Shown: in pieces, positions 7,592 to 17,600 of the stretch
Position numbering within the stretch: the first letter of the stretch is position 1
Layout of the letters: every line of letters starts with the position of its first letter
NCBI GenBank assembly: GCA_013425375.1
Contig: JACCLH010000086.1
Location: 1 to 40,487 of the forward strand
Reading direction: 5' to 3'
DNA length: 40,487 nucleotides
Source of the DNA: Candidatus Micrarchaeota archaeon
GTDB lineage: Archaea; Micrarchaeota; Micrarchaeia; Anstonellales; Bilamarchaeaceae
Notes under the pieces: generated by a model
What the model was told of the DNA's origin: nothing
Database searches by the model: none
What the model saw: the letters and a program-made list of their open reading frames with translations, nothing else
Position numbers and translations under genes: made by a program

Positions 7592-8482
7592 ATGTACCTG
7601 GTCAGCCCTAATTTCTCGGATTTGATGGCTCCCAATGTGGAGTTCAAGACATTCCCTGATGGAGACAGCTACGTCCGCATGAACGATATCTCCAAATGCC
7701 AGGGCGAAGACGTCGTGCTGTTCCACAGGCTCTATCCAAAGCAGAACACAGCCATATTCAACACCATCCAGATGCTCCACACGCTCAAGCGCGTAGGTGC
7801 CCGCACGACGCTGGTGGCTCCATATCTCCCATATTCCAGGCAGGACAAGACATTCCTGATGGGCGAGTCGCTCTCTGCCCAGGTGCTCTGCAAGCTCTTC
7901 AACGACTTCGGCACTGTCAGGCTCGTAACCCTGGACTGCCATTTCCTGAAGAAGGAAGGCGAGTCTGAATACGCCAACCTCAAGATACAGAACATCAGCG
8001 CCAACAAACTGCTGGTGGAGCATGCGCGCAAACTGGTCGGCCTTGAGCAGCTCGAGGTGATATCTCCTGACCAGGGCGCGAACTATCTCGTCTCTGAGTT
8101 CGGTGGCAAGTCCATGAGCAAGTCCCGCGGTGAGTACGAGCATGCCATGGGGCCGCAGGGCGAGGAGGCCTACCGCACGGTGCAGAAGGTGGAGCGCGAG
8201 TTCGATGTCGCAACCAAGAACGTCCTGATAATAGACGACATGATTTCCACAGGCGGCACCATGATAAAGGCAGTGGAGAACCTACGGAAAGGCGGTGCCA
8301 AGAAGGTGATATGCGCTGCCACCCACGGGTTCTTTTTGAACGGTTCATTGGATAAACTGAGGAAGATAAGCGACAAGGTGTTCACGACCAATTCGATTCC
8401 TAACGAGGCGGCAGAGGTTGACATGATGCCGCTGCTGAAGGCCGCGGCCCCAAACCCGGCGTCTAGCTCCGTTCAACCATAA
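7592..8482 (+). CDS. prs: Ribose-phosphate pyrophosphokinase (PRPP synthetase)
   Basis: VAPYLPYSRQDK and the PRPP-binding loop VLIIDDMISTGGT are present. The start is set at ATG 7592 (MYLVSPNFSD...). The track start at 7496 overlaps the DJ-1 gene start and the promoter gap. Confidence 0.85.
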   Translation: MYLVSPNFSDLMAPNVEFKTFPDGDSYVRMNDISKCQGEDVVLFHRLYPKQNTAIFNTIQMLHTLKRVGARTTLVAPYLPYSRQDKTFLMGESLSAQVLCKLFNDFGTVRLVTLDCHFLKKEGESEYANLKIQNISANKLLVEHARKLVGLEQLEVISPDQGANYLVSEFGGKSMSKSRGEYEHAMGPQGEEAYRTVQKVEREFDVATKNVLIIDDMISTGGTMIKAVENLRKGGAKKVICAATHGFFLNGSLDKLRKISDKVFTTNSIPNEAAEVDMMPLLKAAAPNPASSSVQP

Positions 8483-8528
8483 AAAACAATATTTAAACTT
8501 TTCCCACAATAATTGTTGCAGGCTTACG

Positions 8529-9071
8529 GTGGAACATGTGAAACAAACGTCAAAAATCCAATCCAATCCAGGACAATCCAGTGCTGTCCAGAGAAGCGCA
8601 TCACCGTTCATGAGCCCGAGGCAGGACTGCGGTCCGGACAGGCTGCCAGCGCTCCTGAGGAAGCCGGACGAAGAAACGCAAAAGAGACTGAACGCGAAAC
8701 TCCTCACGGCTGCGAAAAAAGGGGACACAAAGAAAGCGCAGAGGCTTATCACCAAGGGAGCAGATGTCGATGCGAGGGACGAGCTACGCTGGACGCCGCT
8801 TATGTATGCGGCTTATAATGGCCATAGGAAAACAGCAGATATGCTCCTCAGCCTTGGTGCGCTGGTGGATGCAAGGAATAACGTCCAATGGACCGCGCTG
8901 ATGCTCGCTTCCCATAGGGGACGTACTAAAACCGCCGAAACGCTGATTAACCACGGCGCCTATGTGAATGAGACCGATATCGAGGGCTGGACTGCGCTGA
9001 ACTGGGCGATGGGGCATCCTGAGACCTTTGCTATGCTGGGAAGGCACGGGGCAAACATGTTAAGGCGATGA
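8529..9071 (+). CDS. Ankyrin-repeat protein (about 3 repeats)
   Basis: Repeat units are DELRWTPLMYAAYNGHRKTADMLLSLGALVDAR, NNVQWTALMLASHRGRTKTAETLINHGAYVNET and DIEGWTALNWAM. GTG 8529 lies about 30 nt after a TTTAAA box (8492-8497). ATG 8610 is an alternative start. Confidence 0.8.
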   Translation: MEHVKQTSKIQSNPGQSSAVQRSASPFMSPRQDCGPDRLPALLRKPDEETQKRLNAKLLTAAKKGDTKKAQRLITKGADVDARDELRWTPLMYAAYNGHRKTADMLLSLGALVDARNNVQWTALMLASHRGRTKTAETLINHGAYVNETDIEGWTALNWAMGHPETFAMLGRHGANMLRR

Positions 9072-9077
9072 AGCGAT

Positions 9078-10472
9078 TCATGTGCCCTTCGCTATCTTCT
9101 CGTATTCCTCTGCCAGGCGTTTCGCTTCCCCTGCGTTCCTGGCTTCTGCGAAGATGCGCACGTAGGGCTCTGTGCCCGACGGCCTGCATATCACCCATGC
9201 ATCCTTGAGATTGATGCGCACGCCATCGACAGTCACGCAATCGAGTTTCTTGTTTTTGGCGTGCGCGAGCACGCGCTCCACTATCTCCTTCTTGTTTTTC
9301 TCGTCAGCCTCTATCTTCAGCTTGACATTGGAATATCGCGGGACCTCTTCCAGCCATCTGCTCAATGGCTTCTCGCATAATGCTTCGGCGAGCTTCGCCG
9401 CTGTCATGAACCCGTCCTTGGCCATGCTCAGCTCAGGCCATATCACTCCGCCGACCTCCTCCCCTCCCATGGCTGCTGATTTCTTGGCCATGGAGCGGAC
9501 GGCGCCCCGTCCGCTGCTGTCAAGGATGCCCACCATCCTTGCCATCTCTTCGCAGAGGTAAGGCGCGCCTATCGCAGTGTATCTGATCCTGGCACCGTAT
9601 TTCGCAGCCACATCCTCAACCGCCTTGCTTGTTGCGACCGTGGTAACCACATCGCCCTTGAGCTTCTTGCCATCCGCTTTCCATATGATGGACAGCGCAT
9701 AGACCCTGTCCCCGATGACATAGCTGCCTTTCTCATCAACGAAAATCACCCGGTCTCCGTCGCCATCCCAGGCGATGCCTGCATCAGCGCCGCTTGATTT
9801 CACGAGCGCGATGAGCTCCTTGACATTCGCTTCTGTGGGCTCGGACGGCCTGCCAGGGAATCTTCCGTCAGGATGGGAATTCAGGCTGGTTATCTCGCAT
9901 CCCAATTCCTTGAGCAGCCTTGGCGCGATGAACGATGCGGCACCGTTGCCGCAGTCTATGACTATCTTGGGCTTCCTCTTCGCGATTCTCTCAACCTGAG
10001 CCAGTTTCTTAACTGCCTCGATATGCTCCACTGTCCCTGTCTCATATGTCCTTATCTTACCTACCTTGTCCCATCCTGCGAGCCCAGGCTTCTCCATCAG
10101 CCTCTCTATCTCCTCTCCCCGTTCCCGCGATAGTGCGATTCCCCTGCCATCCACAACTTTCAACGCGTTCCACTCAGGCGGGTTGTGCGATGCGCTTATT
10201 ATGATGCAGCCGTCAGCAGCCAGCCGCTTCACCATATATTCAGCTGTCGGCGAGCTGGCCATGCCTAGGTCTATCACCTCGCAGCCGACCGAGGCAAGAC
10301 CCGAAACCACGGCAGAACGCAAAACATCCCCGGTTAGCCTGCAGTCCCTTGCCACCACTATTTTTCCGCCCTTGAAATAGGTCCCTATGGCCTGCGACAG
10401 CCTGAGCGTCAGCTCTGGTGTCAGCTCATCGAACCTGCCCCTGACGCCGTTGGTCCCGAAATACTTCGCCAT
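9078..10472 (-). CDS. Phosphohexomutase (phosphoglucosamine mutase / phosphomannomutase family)
   Basis: From ATG 10472 the protein begins MAKYFGTNGVRG. It has the phosphoserine loop SASHNPPEWNALK, the metal loop AWDGDGDR and the sugar loop GGEEVGG. The 115-aa upstream extension in the track overlaps the trm56 gene and its promoter. Confidence 0.85.
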   Translation of the reverse strand: MAKYFGTNGVRGRFDELTPELTLRLSQAIGTYFKGGKIVVARDCRLTGDVLRSAVVSGLASVGCEVIDLGMASSPTAEYMVKRLAADGCIIISASHNPPEWNALKVVDGRGIALSRERGEEIERLMEKPGLAGWDKVGKIRTYETGTVEHIEAVKKLAQVERIAKRKPKIVIDCGNGAASFIAPRLLKELGCEITSLNSHPDGRFPGRPSEPTEANVKELIALVKSSGADAGIAWDGDGDRVIFVDEKGSYVIGDRVYALSIIWKADGKKLKGDVVTTVATSKAVEDVAAKYGARIRYTAIGAPYLCEEMARMVGILDSSGRGAVRSMAKKSAAMGGEEVGGVIWPELSMAKDGFMTAAKLAEALCEKPLSRWLEEVPRYSNVKLKIEADEKNKKEIVERVLAHAKNKKLDCVTVDGVRINLKDAWVICRPSGTEPYVRIFAEARNAGEAKRLAEEYEKIAKGT

Positions 10473-10496
10473 ACAGGTGAGAATGGGCTTCACATG

Positions 10497-10502
10497 TTTA
10501 AA
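10497..10502. promoter_or_regulatory. Palindromic TTTAAA box; candidate bidirectional TATA for the mutase and trm56 genes
   Basis: It lies 25 nt from ATG 10472 (minus strand) and 23 nt from ATG 10525 (plus strand). Both genes would be leaderless. Confidence 0.45.
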
Positions 10503-10524
10503 TTGGTTGCGATAAATCACCATC

Positions 10525-11052
10525 ATGCAGATAGAAGTTCTCAGGCTCGGCCACCGTCTTCCAAGGGACGAGCGCATAAGCACGCATGTCGCCTTGGTAG
10601 CGCGCGCTTTTGGCGCTTCGGCCATGGCATATACCGGCCAGCATGATGCGGGGCTGGAAGAGAGCATCAGGAGGATTTGTGGGAACTGGGGCGGAGAATT
10701 CCCCATAACATATGAGAAAAGCGTCACAGCTGTCATCAAAAAGCACAAACGTGACGGCTTCACAATAGTCCATCTCACAATGTACGGTCTTGCTCTCCCC
10801 GACGTGCTGCCGGCCATAAAGTCACGCGGGAAAATCCTGGTTGTGGTGGGTTCCGAGCAGGTCCCGCGCGAGATTTACGAGCTCGCTGATTTCAACGTCT
10901 CAATAACAAACCAGCCGCACAGCGAGGTGGCCGCCCTTGCGATGACCCTCGACCGTCTCATGGAGGGCAAGGAGCTCGAGCCGCACGATTTCGGCGGAAG
11001 GATAAGGATAGTGCCGTCAGCCAGGGGCAAGGACGTGGTGGAGACGCGCTGA
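10525..11052 (+). CDS. trm56: tRNA (cytidine56-2'-O)-methyltransferase aTrm56 (SPOUT family)
   Basis: 175 aa. VLRLGHRLPRDERISTHVALVARAFGA and the C-terminal NQPHSEVAALAMTLDRL match the archaeal Trm56 pattern. Confidence 0.8.
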   Translation: MQIEVLRLGHRLPRDERISTHVALVARAFGASAMAYTGQHDAGLEESIRRICGNWGGEFPITYEKSVTAVIKKHKRDGFTIVHLTMYGLALPDVLPAIKSRGKILVVVGSEQVPREIYELADFNVSITNQPHSEVAALAMTLDRLMEGKELEPHDFGGRIRIVPSARGKDVVETR

Positions 11053-11098
11053 TGGCCGCGCGATATGCTGCAGGGGCCTATAGGAAGATTTTTATTAA

Positions 11099-11572
11099 AT
11101 GCCAGCATCTATTGTCCGTGATATTATGCTAGAGCCTATGAGTATCGTTTTCACTAAGGCGGAGATAAGCAGGATGAAGGAAGGCATCCCGAAGGGCGTG
11201 GAGGTCCGGCTCAATGTGGATGCGATGGATCCTGTTGACAACAACTCGCTCACCATGGGATTCACATACCTCGTCACTTACCTCCCAGAAATGGCCCTGG
11301 TCAGGGTCGCTGGCAAGGCGAACTGCAGGGACTCCCCTGAGAACATCAAGAGGGCGCTCATGGAATTCAGGAAGAACAAGGCGCTTCCTGCGGACCTGGG
11401 CGCCACTGCGCTCAATATGATAAACACCAACACCGCGGTCAATGTGATATTCTTCATCAGGCCCTTCGGCCTGATGCCTCCTTTTGTGCCGCCGCCCATC
11501 ATCCCTGCGGCAGCAATTACGGCTGCGGCATCGCCTCCGGCCAAGCCAGCGGTCAAATCAAAGGGCCGCTGA
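11099..11572 (+). CDS. Hypothetical small protein with a Pro/Ala-rich tail
   Basis: 157 aa. A TTTTATTAAA box at 11088-11097 is too close to ATG 11099, so ATG 11126 (MLEPMS...) may be the real, leaderless start. No domain could be assigned securely. Confidence 0.5.
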   Translation: MPASIVRDIMLEPMSIVFTKAEISRMKEGIPKGVEVRLNVDAMDPVDNNSLTMGFTYLVTYLPEMALVRVAGKANCRDSPENIKRALMEFRKNKALPADLGATALNMINTNTAVNVIFFIRPFGLMPPFVPPPIIPAAAITAAASPPAKPAVKSKGR

Positions 11573-11619
11573 TAGGGCCAGGTTGAAACAGGCAGACCGC
11601 GTCGTGGCTGTCCTGATAG

Positions 11620-11640
11620 CCTAAGAAAAAAGACTCAGGG
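11620..11640 (-). terminator. Oligo-T tract (T6) downstream of giant gene E
   Basis: The minus strand reads TAG-ctggcccctgagtc-TTTTTT-ctt, with the T run at 11626-11631, about 14 nt after the stop. Archaeal termination uses oligo-T tracts. Confidence 0.4.
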
Positions 11641-11645
11641 GCCAG

Positions 11646-14600
11646 CTAGAATTGGCCGCCTACGGAAACGCCGACCTCTACTGGCACTTTGCCTTCCTTG
11701 CCTATATACGGTTCTACCCTGGAAACGTCCTGCGCGTTTGACTGGTCAAGGCCAGCGCCAGTGATCGCGCGGCCCCTGCGGAAGTATGCCTTGATATAGT
11801 ATGACGGGCCGAGGCCGCCGCCATAGTCCGGGGTCCACTCCACGCCGACCGCGGTCTCGCCCACCAAAGTGCTGGTTTTTTTGCCTGTTGGCGCCACAGC
11901 TGTTGTTGTCTCTGAAGCCGGTGGTGTCGGCCTCCAGCCGGTCTCCGTGCCCCCTTCGACGTAGAAATGGACGCTGAGCTTGTCGCCTGCCACGAAATCC
12001 GCCTTGGCAACAGTGATGCCGTAGCCGACTGTGGTCCTGCTGATCTCGCTGATGTCGCAGCCGAGCGTCATGCACGCCTGCTTCAGCTCGTCCTTGTCTT
12101 CGAACACGCCACTGCTCGCCACGAATATCTTGTCCCCTTTCAAGAATATGTAGTGGGTAATCGCTTGGTTCATGGTGGATGTATTTATCAGATTTATGTT
12201 GTGGGAGAGCACCACCTTGTATTCATTCCACCTCAGGTCCCCGTACTGCTTTGTGCCGTAGAAAATGCCTCCGAGGAGCTCCTGCTTGTAGTCCTGGAAT
12301 ATGCTCGCCAGGTAGCCTGCGCTCCAGTTGTGCGAGAAGTCATGGTATTTGTAGGCACTGGTCTCAAGCGGCAGGGTGAGCGAGCCGAATGCCCGCTGGG
12401 CTGTTAACCACAGCCCCCTCCTGTCTCCTGAGAACGTGAACTTGTAATCTCCGCTCTCGGTTGCATCTATGTCCAGGGTGAAGACGTCCATGCCTATCAT
12501 ATGGTTGTTTGGGGGCCTCAGCCACTCCTGTAGGTCCTCCTCGTCGCCTACCTTCAGGGCGCCCCTTGCCGGAGCCCCCTCAGCACCGCCGCCGGCCCTC
12601 ACGGTTATCGGTGTGTGCAGCACATAGTATCGCTTGTGGGTGTCATTCTTGCCCTCTGTGGCCAGGTGCGTGCCAAGATACACGTCGTATCTCTCAGGCT
12701 GGTGGCCTTCCCTGGTGTCGGCATCCTTCACTGCCACCAGGACGTCCAGCAGGTTCCTCTCCATGAGAAGCCTGACCTCGGCGCCGGTGAGCTCGCTCTT
12801 CTTCCCGATACCTAACGGCATCGCGACCTCCTCCACTATATGCCTGGCCACGCTTTTCTCCTTGGCGGCCTCGGCTGTGAACTGCGCTACCATCTCGTTG
12901 TCAGGCAGGAGCATCCAGTCAAGGTCAGTGGTCATCTCCCTCACCGCCTCTATCATCTCAGCAGGGTATGCCAGCAGCAGCCGCTGCATGTCCGGCTCGC
13001 TCTTCTTTATCTCCAGGAACACATCCCTGAGCGCCACGGCAGGGTCCTTGGTGGTCCTCTCCTCCAGGATGTTCTTAATCCTGGTCACGCTTGGGTTGCC
13101 CTCGTCCAGTCTCTTGGCGAACTCCCGCTTTATCTCGCTCTCAGGTCTCACCATCCATCCGAACGTGTCACGGGCCTCTTCCACTGCCTTGACCAGGTCC
13201 TTGCCATACACATCCCGGAGCACCAGCGAGTCATATCCTATGCCGCCCATCTCGCGGTAGCAGCGGCGCACTGCGTCCAGCTTGCCCAGCCCCTGTGTGA
13301 GCACCGCCTCCTGCTCATAGCGCACCAGGCCGTGTAGCGGCCACCTCAGGCCACCACCGATGTCGATGTCAGTGTAGAATGTGTCTTTCCTCACGATGGG
13401 GTGGGTGTAATCCGTTCCTGTGGTCGCGCCATTGGCGTCCGCCTTCTCCCGCGCGACCAGCGCAGTGGGGAACATATAGGCATGGGCTGCCAGGTCCACG
13501 AACCCGATTGTGGGCTTGCCGAATATGTACACCGAATAGAGGCCGCCATAGTTTGCCTTGTCTGCCGCGCTGTACCTCCCTGAAGCTATGGTATAGAAGC
13601 TGTTCGCTTCGCCATTGTAGCCATAGCCCAGCGAAACCTTCCATACTGACTTGGCCAGCGACGCATTGAGGTTCTCCGAGAGCGCCTTCAGGATGGACGC
13701 CTCCTCGGTCGGGTTCGCCTGTATGTCAGCCATGGCGTCGTTTATCCTATTGTACATGCTGTCGAAGTTGGGCGCCCTGCTGCCTCCGACGAGAATGTTG
13801 TGCCTCTGGGCCCAGTACATGAACAGCAGGGACGCATAGTTCGGATCCGGCCTGGACGGCGCGTTCTTCTTGTCAGTGATATAGTTGCCGGCAGCATCCT
13901 TGACCGTGTAGTCCTCCAGCTGGCTATAGAGGTAGCTGGCGGCTATCAGGTGGCCGGTCTCTTCGGCGCGGTTCTCAGACCATTGGTAGAACCGCATCAG
14001 GAAGTCCTTCATGCTGGAGTACATCTTGTCCGCATCCTCCATCGCTACCCTGGCCTGGCGCAGGAGGTCCACCTCTGTGCGCGCTACGGTGATGCCGTAG
14101 GCGTCCGTTCTGTAAGCTGTTATCGGGGCCTCTTTCCTGAACCTTCCGGCCACGCTCTGCGGCCAGCCCTTGAGCGTCTTTGTGCCTTCGCCTACATAGC
14201 CCCACCCGGCCCGGAATTCCCATGTGTTCTCCAGCGGCTTCAGGGCAAGGGTCTGCCTGATGTACTGCACGTTGGCCTCTGCGAACGTGGTGCCCTTCAT
14301 CTTCGCCTCATATTCGCCTGCCCTGGGCATGGCCTCCAGCTTCCTGCCTTGTGCATCGTAATATCTCATATCCGCGGTCTGGACGCCGTTGAATAAGAGC
14401 ACGTGGACGTCCCTCTGGCTCTGGTCGTCCCGTATGCGCGTGAAAGCTGAGCCAATGGCCTCCTCCTGGAACACAGGATCCATCGTGCTCATGTTCCTGG
14501 TGAGCTGGCCCACGCCCAGCGCGGAGAAATTGTCGCCCTCGCCGGTCGGTATGGTGAATCCCACTGCCATGCCGCTGAAGCCGCCCTCTGCTTCTTTTGA

Positions 14601-17600
14601 GGTGAACTGCTTCCTGCCTATCATCTTGGCAGAAGCGAGCCAGTAGTCCTCATCCCCGCCGCCATAGGTGTAGTTCAGGAGCTTGGCCCTGGTGTCGTAG
14701 CCATAGGCGACCTGCTCCCAGCTGCCGTCCGGCTTGAACAGTATCAGCCTTGTCTTGACGCGGCCCTCGCCTTCCTGGATGGGCTTCGCCTTAGTGCCCG
14801 CTGCTGGCGGCACTTGCGGCGGCAGGCCTGGCAGCTCCGGAATGTACGTTCCTGAGAAGAAAAACAGCATGTCAATGCCTTTTGTCTTGGCGAGCCTGGA
14901 GCATGTTTCCATCATGCCCTTGAAGCTGCTCTGCGACTCATATGACTTCTCCACCAACGCGCCGGTCTCGCCCACCTGCGGCACTGTGGTCTCTGCCCAC
15001 GCGCCGGTCATCTGAAGGGTGCCTGAATGCAGCCCTCCCTGTTCCTCTGGCGGCAAGCCCTCGGGCTTCAGGGAATTCACCACGCTCTCGCGCATCGCCT
15101 TGCCTGCCTTCTTGGCATCCACTATCGTGACCCCGATGATTTTACCATCTTCGTCCTTGGCTATCTGCATCCCTGTGTTCGCTGCATAGGCAGCGGTGTC
15201 GGTGACGCTCGCGATCTCAGTGTATATCAGCTGGCGCAGGGAGTCTGCCATCTTGGCCTCATCATTGGCATAAACGCTGTCCATGGCCTGCTGGGCCAGC
15301 TTGCCGTCCTCCTTGGTGTCCTTCCTCACCTCGGCGACCGTGCTGTCCAGCAATGCGCTGAATCCACCATGCTCTTCATAGAACGCCTTCGCCTCTTCCT
15401 GGAGCTGGGGCGCCTTCCTTTTTTCCTCTTCCAGTTTCTTCTTCTCCTGCTCCTTCCAGCCCTGGCTGCTCGGCAGGTATGTGATGATCGGGCCCACCAT
15501 GGGGTAGGGCACGCCGCCTGCGGCCGCCGTCACGTCCACTCCCTGCGTCACCTGGCCGCTCGTGCTTTCGCCTTCCCTGCCGGTGCCTATCTTGGTATCG
15601 AGCATCTCCCATTTCGCTTCGCCGGTTCCGCCTCCTGTGGGTGTCTGCAGGCCGCCCATGGCGCCGGTGCCGCCCTTTTTGGTGGTGGATGTCTCTGCGC
15701 CTTCATATCCGTAATAGCCCGCCGCATGTCCGTATCCGCTCAACAGATAGTCTGAGTACTCGGTAGGTATGGGCGGGAACATATGGCTGAGCATTCTCAG
15801 GTAGCTGGACATGCCCATGCCGCCTATCTTGAACTCGACCGGCACCCCGAGGTTGAGCATCAGGGCCGTTTCAGGCAGGAGCTGGTACTTCATCCTCGCG
15901 AACTGCCGCGTGGCGTCTGAATCCACAAGGAACCCTCCAAGGCGGAGCTGAGCCCCGACCGGCGCAATGCCGTGCGGCACAGGCACCTCGGGCCTCAGCG
16001 GCTGTTCGTAGAGCCCAGGTATCTGGTCCAGTTCCTGGCCCCAGTAAATCCCTTTTGTGGAGTGGAAGAGCGGGTTCTCCTGGCCCCAGTTGAGGGCGGT
16101 CCGCTCGGCCATCCTCCTCTCCTCATCCTCCAGGTTGTGGTGGTCGAATGTGCTCACGCGCTTCAGGAAATCGCTCTCTATGCTGGCGAACACTTCCAGG
16201 AAATACCTGCGCCTGTGCGCGATGCTGTAGGATGTCATCGCTGCTTCCTGCTGGTAGAGCCTGGAGACCGTGGTCCTGAACTGCTGTAGTCCGGCTATGA
16301 GGATCTCCTCTGTCTGGGCGCCCTGGACCATCGCTGGCAGGGCCTGGAGCAGGAAGGGCCCGATGAGGTAGGTGTCGCGGTCGGACAATGTGAGTATGGT
16401 GTCCATGAGCGCGTCCACCGCCTTGCTGCCGAACGCGGTCGGCCCGCCTATCTCGTTGATGGCCAGGCCTATGTAGAAGGCATCTATCACCGAGAGCCGC
16501 GCCTTGAGGGCGTCCAGTTTCTCGTCGCTGAGGTCATCTGCGGTTTCAGGGTGGAAGTTCCTGTCCTGCCTGTCCTGCCGGTATCTCTTCTCCAGCTCTG
16601 TGTAACCGCCCTGGCAGCGGCTGATGAACGCCTGGCCGGATGGACTTTGTAGGAATCCTGCGAGCATGTCTGCGGTGAACCTGTTCTCTTTTATGGCTCT
16701 TGCCTTGGCCTCCGGCAGCATGATCGCGCCGGATGATATCTCCATTATCTTCTGGCCGAGCAGCTGGAGGTTGAGGTACTGGTTGAACAGGAAGTCGTTG
16801 CTGCCGAACTGCTCGCGGTAGAAGTTCACAGCCCTGGCGAAATCAGCGCCCACCCTCTCCGGAGGCGAATACAGGGAGAGCGCCTCTCCTACCATGCCAT
16901 AGACGCGCGGTATCATTTCCTGCACATGGAGGAGGTTCTTCATGAAGTTCGTCCTTCCGACCATGGGGCCGCTCTCGAACGCGCTCTGCAGGGCCTCAAG
17001 GACGGCAGGATCCAGGGAGGCGAGGTCCTTGGGCGAGGCGTCCAGCCTCTCAAGGAACGCGAACTTGCTTAGGTTGTCCTTCACATAGTCCACAAGCCGC
17101 TCTCCGTACATCCTCTTCTGCTGGAAAAAGTACAGCTCGTACATCTCCTTGACGCCCTGTTCGGCTGCCTTGGCCGGCTTTGATTTGATGAGGCGGTATA
17201 TGCTCGTGAGCGAGCGGAAGAGCTCCTCGTTCTGCTTGCGGTAGGCGCGCATGAGGGACTTCACGCTCTGCGAATAGGCAGCGGGATACGCCTGGAATAT
17301 CCTGGCCCTGGCAATCTCATCCACGCTCTGCAGCTCGGCAAGGCCTGCGGTCGGGCTGTTCATGGCCCCCAGCTTGCCCTTCTGGTCCTCCACAACCTTC
17401 ACGAACCTCTCGCCGAACAGCTTCACCATCGCATTGCGGTTCTCGGTTTCGGTCGGGCTCACGATGGCCAGGTAGCACCGCTTCACTATGGCTGCGAAAA
17501 GCTCGTTCTCGCCGAGGGCGAGGTCATCTATGCCGGCGCCTTTCTCAAGCAGCTTGAGGTGCTTGGCCTGCGCCTCCAGTTCGGTCACGAACTGCGGGCC

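Noticed and set aside
10473-10817. A 115-aa N-terminal extension of the phosphohexomutase ORF in the track.
   Set aside because: The conserved N-terminus MAKYFGTNGVRG starts at ATG 10472. The extension runs across the TTTAAA promoter box and into the divergent trm56 gene.
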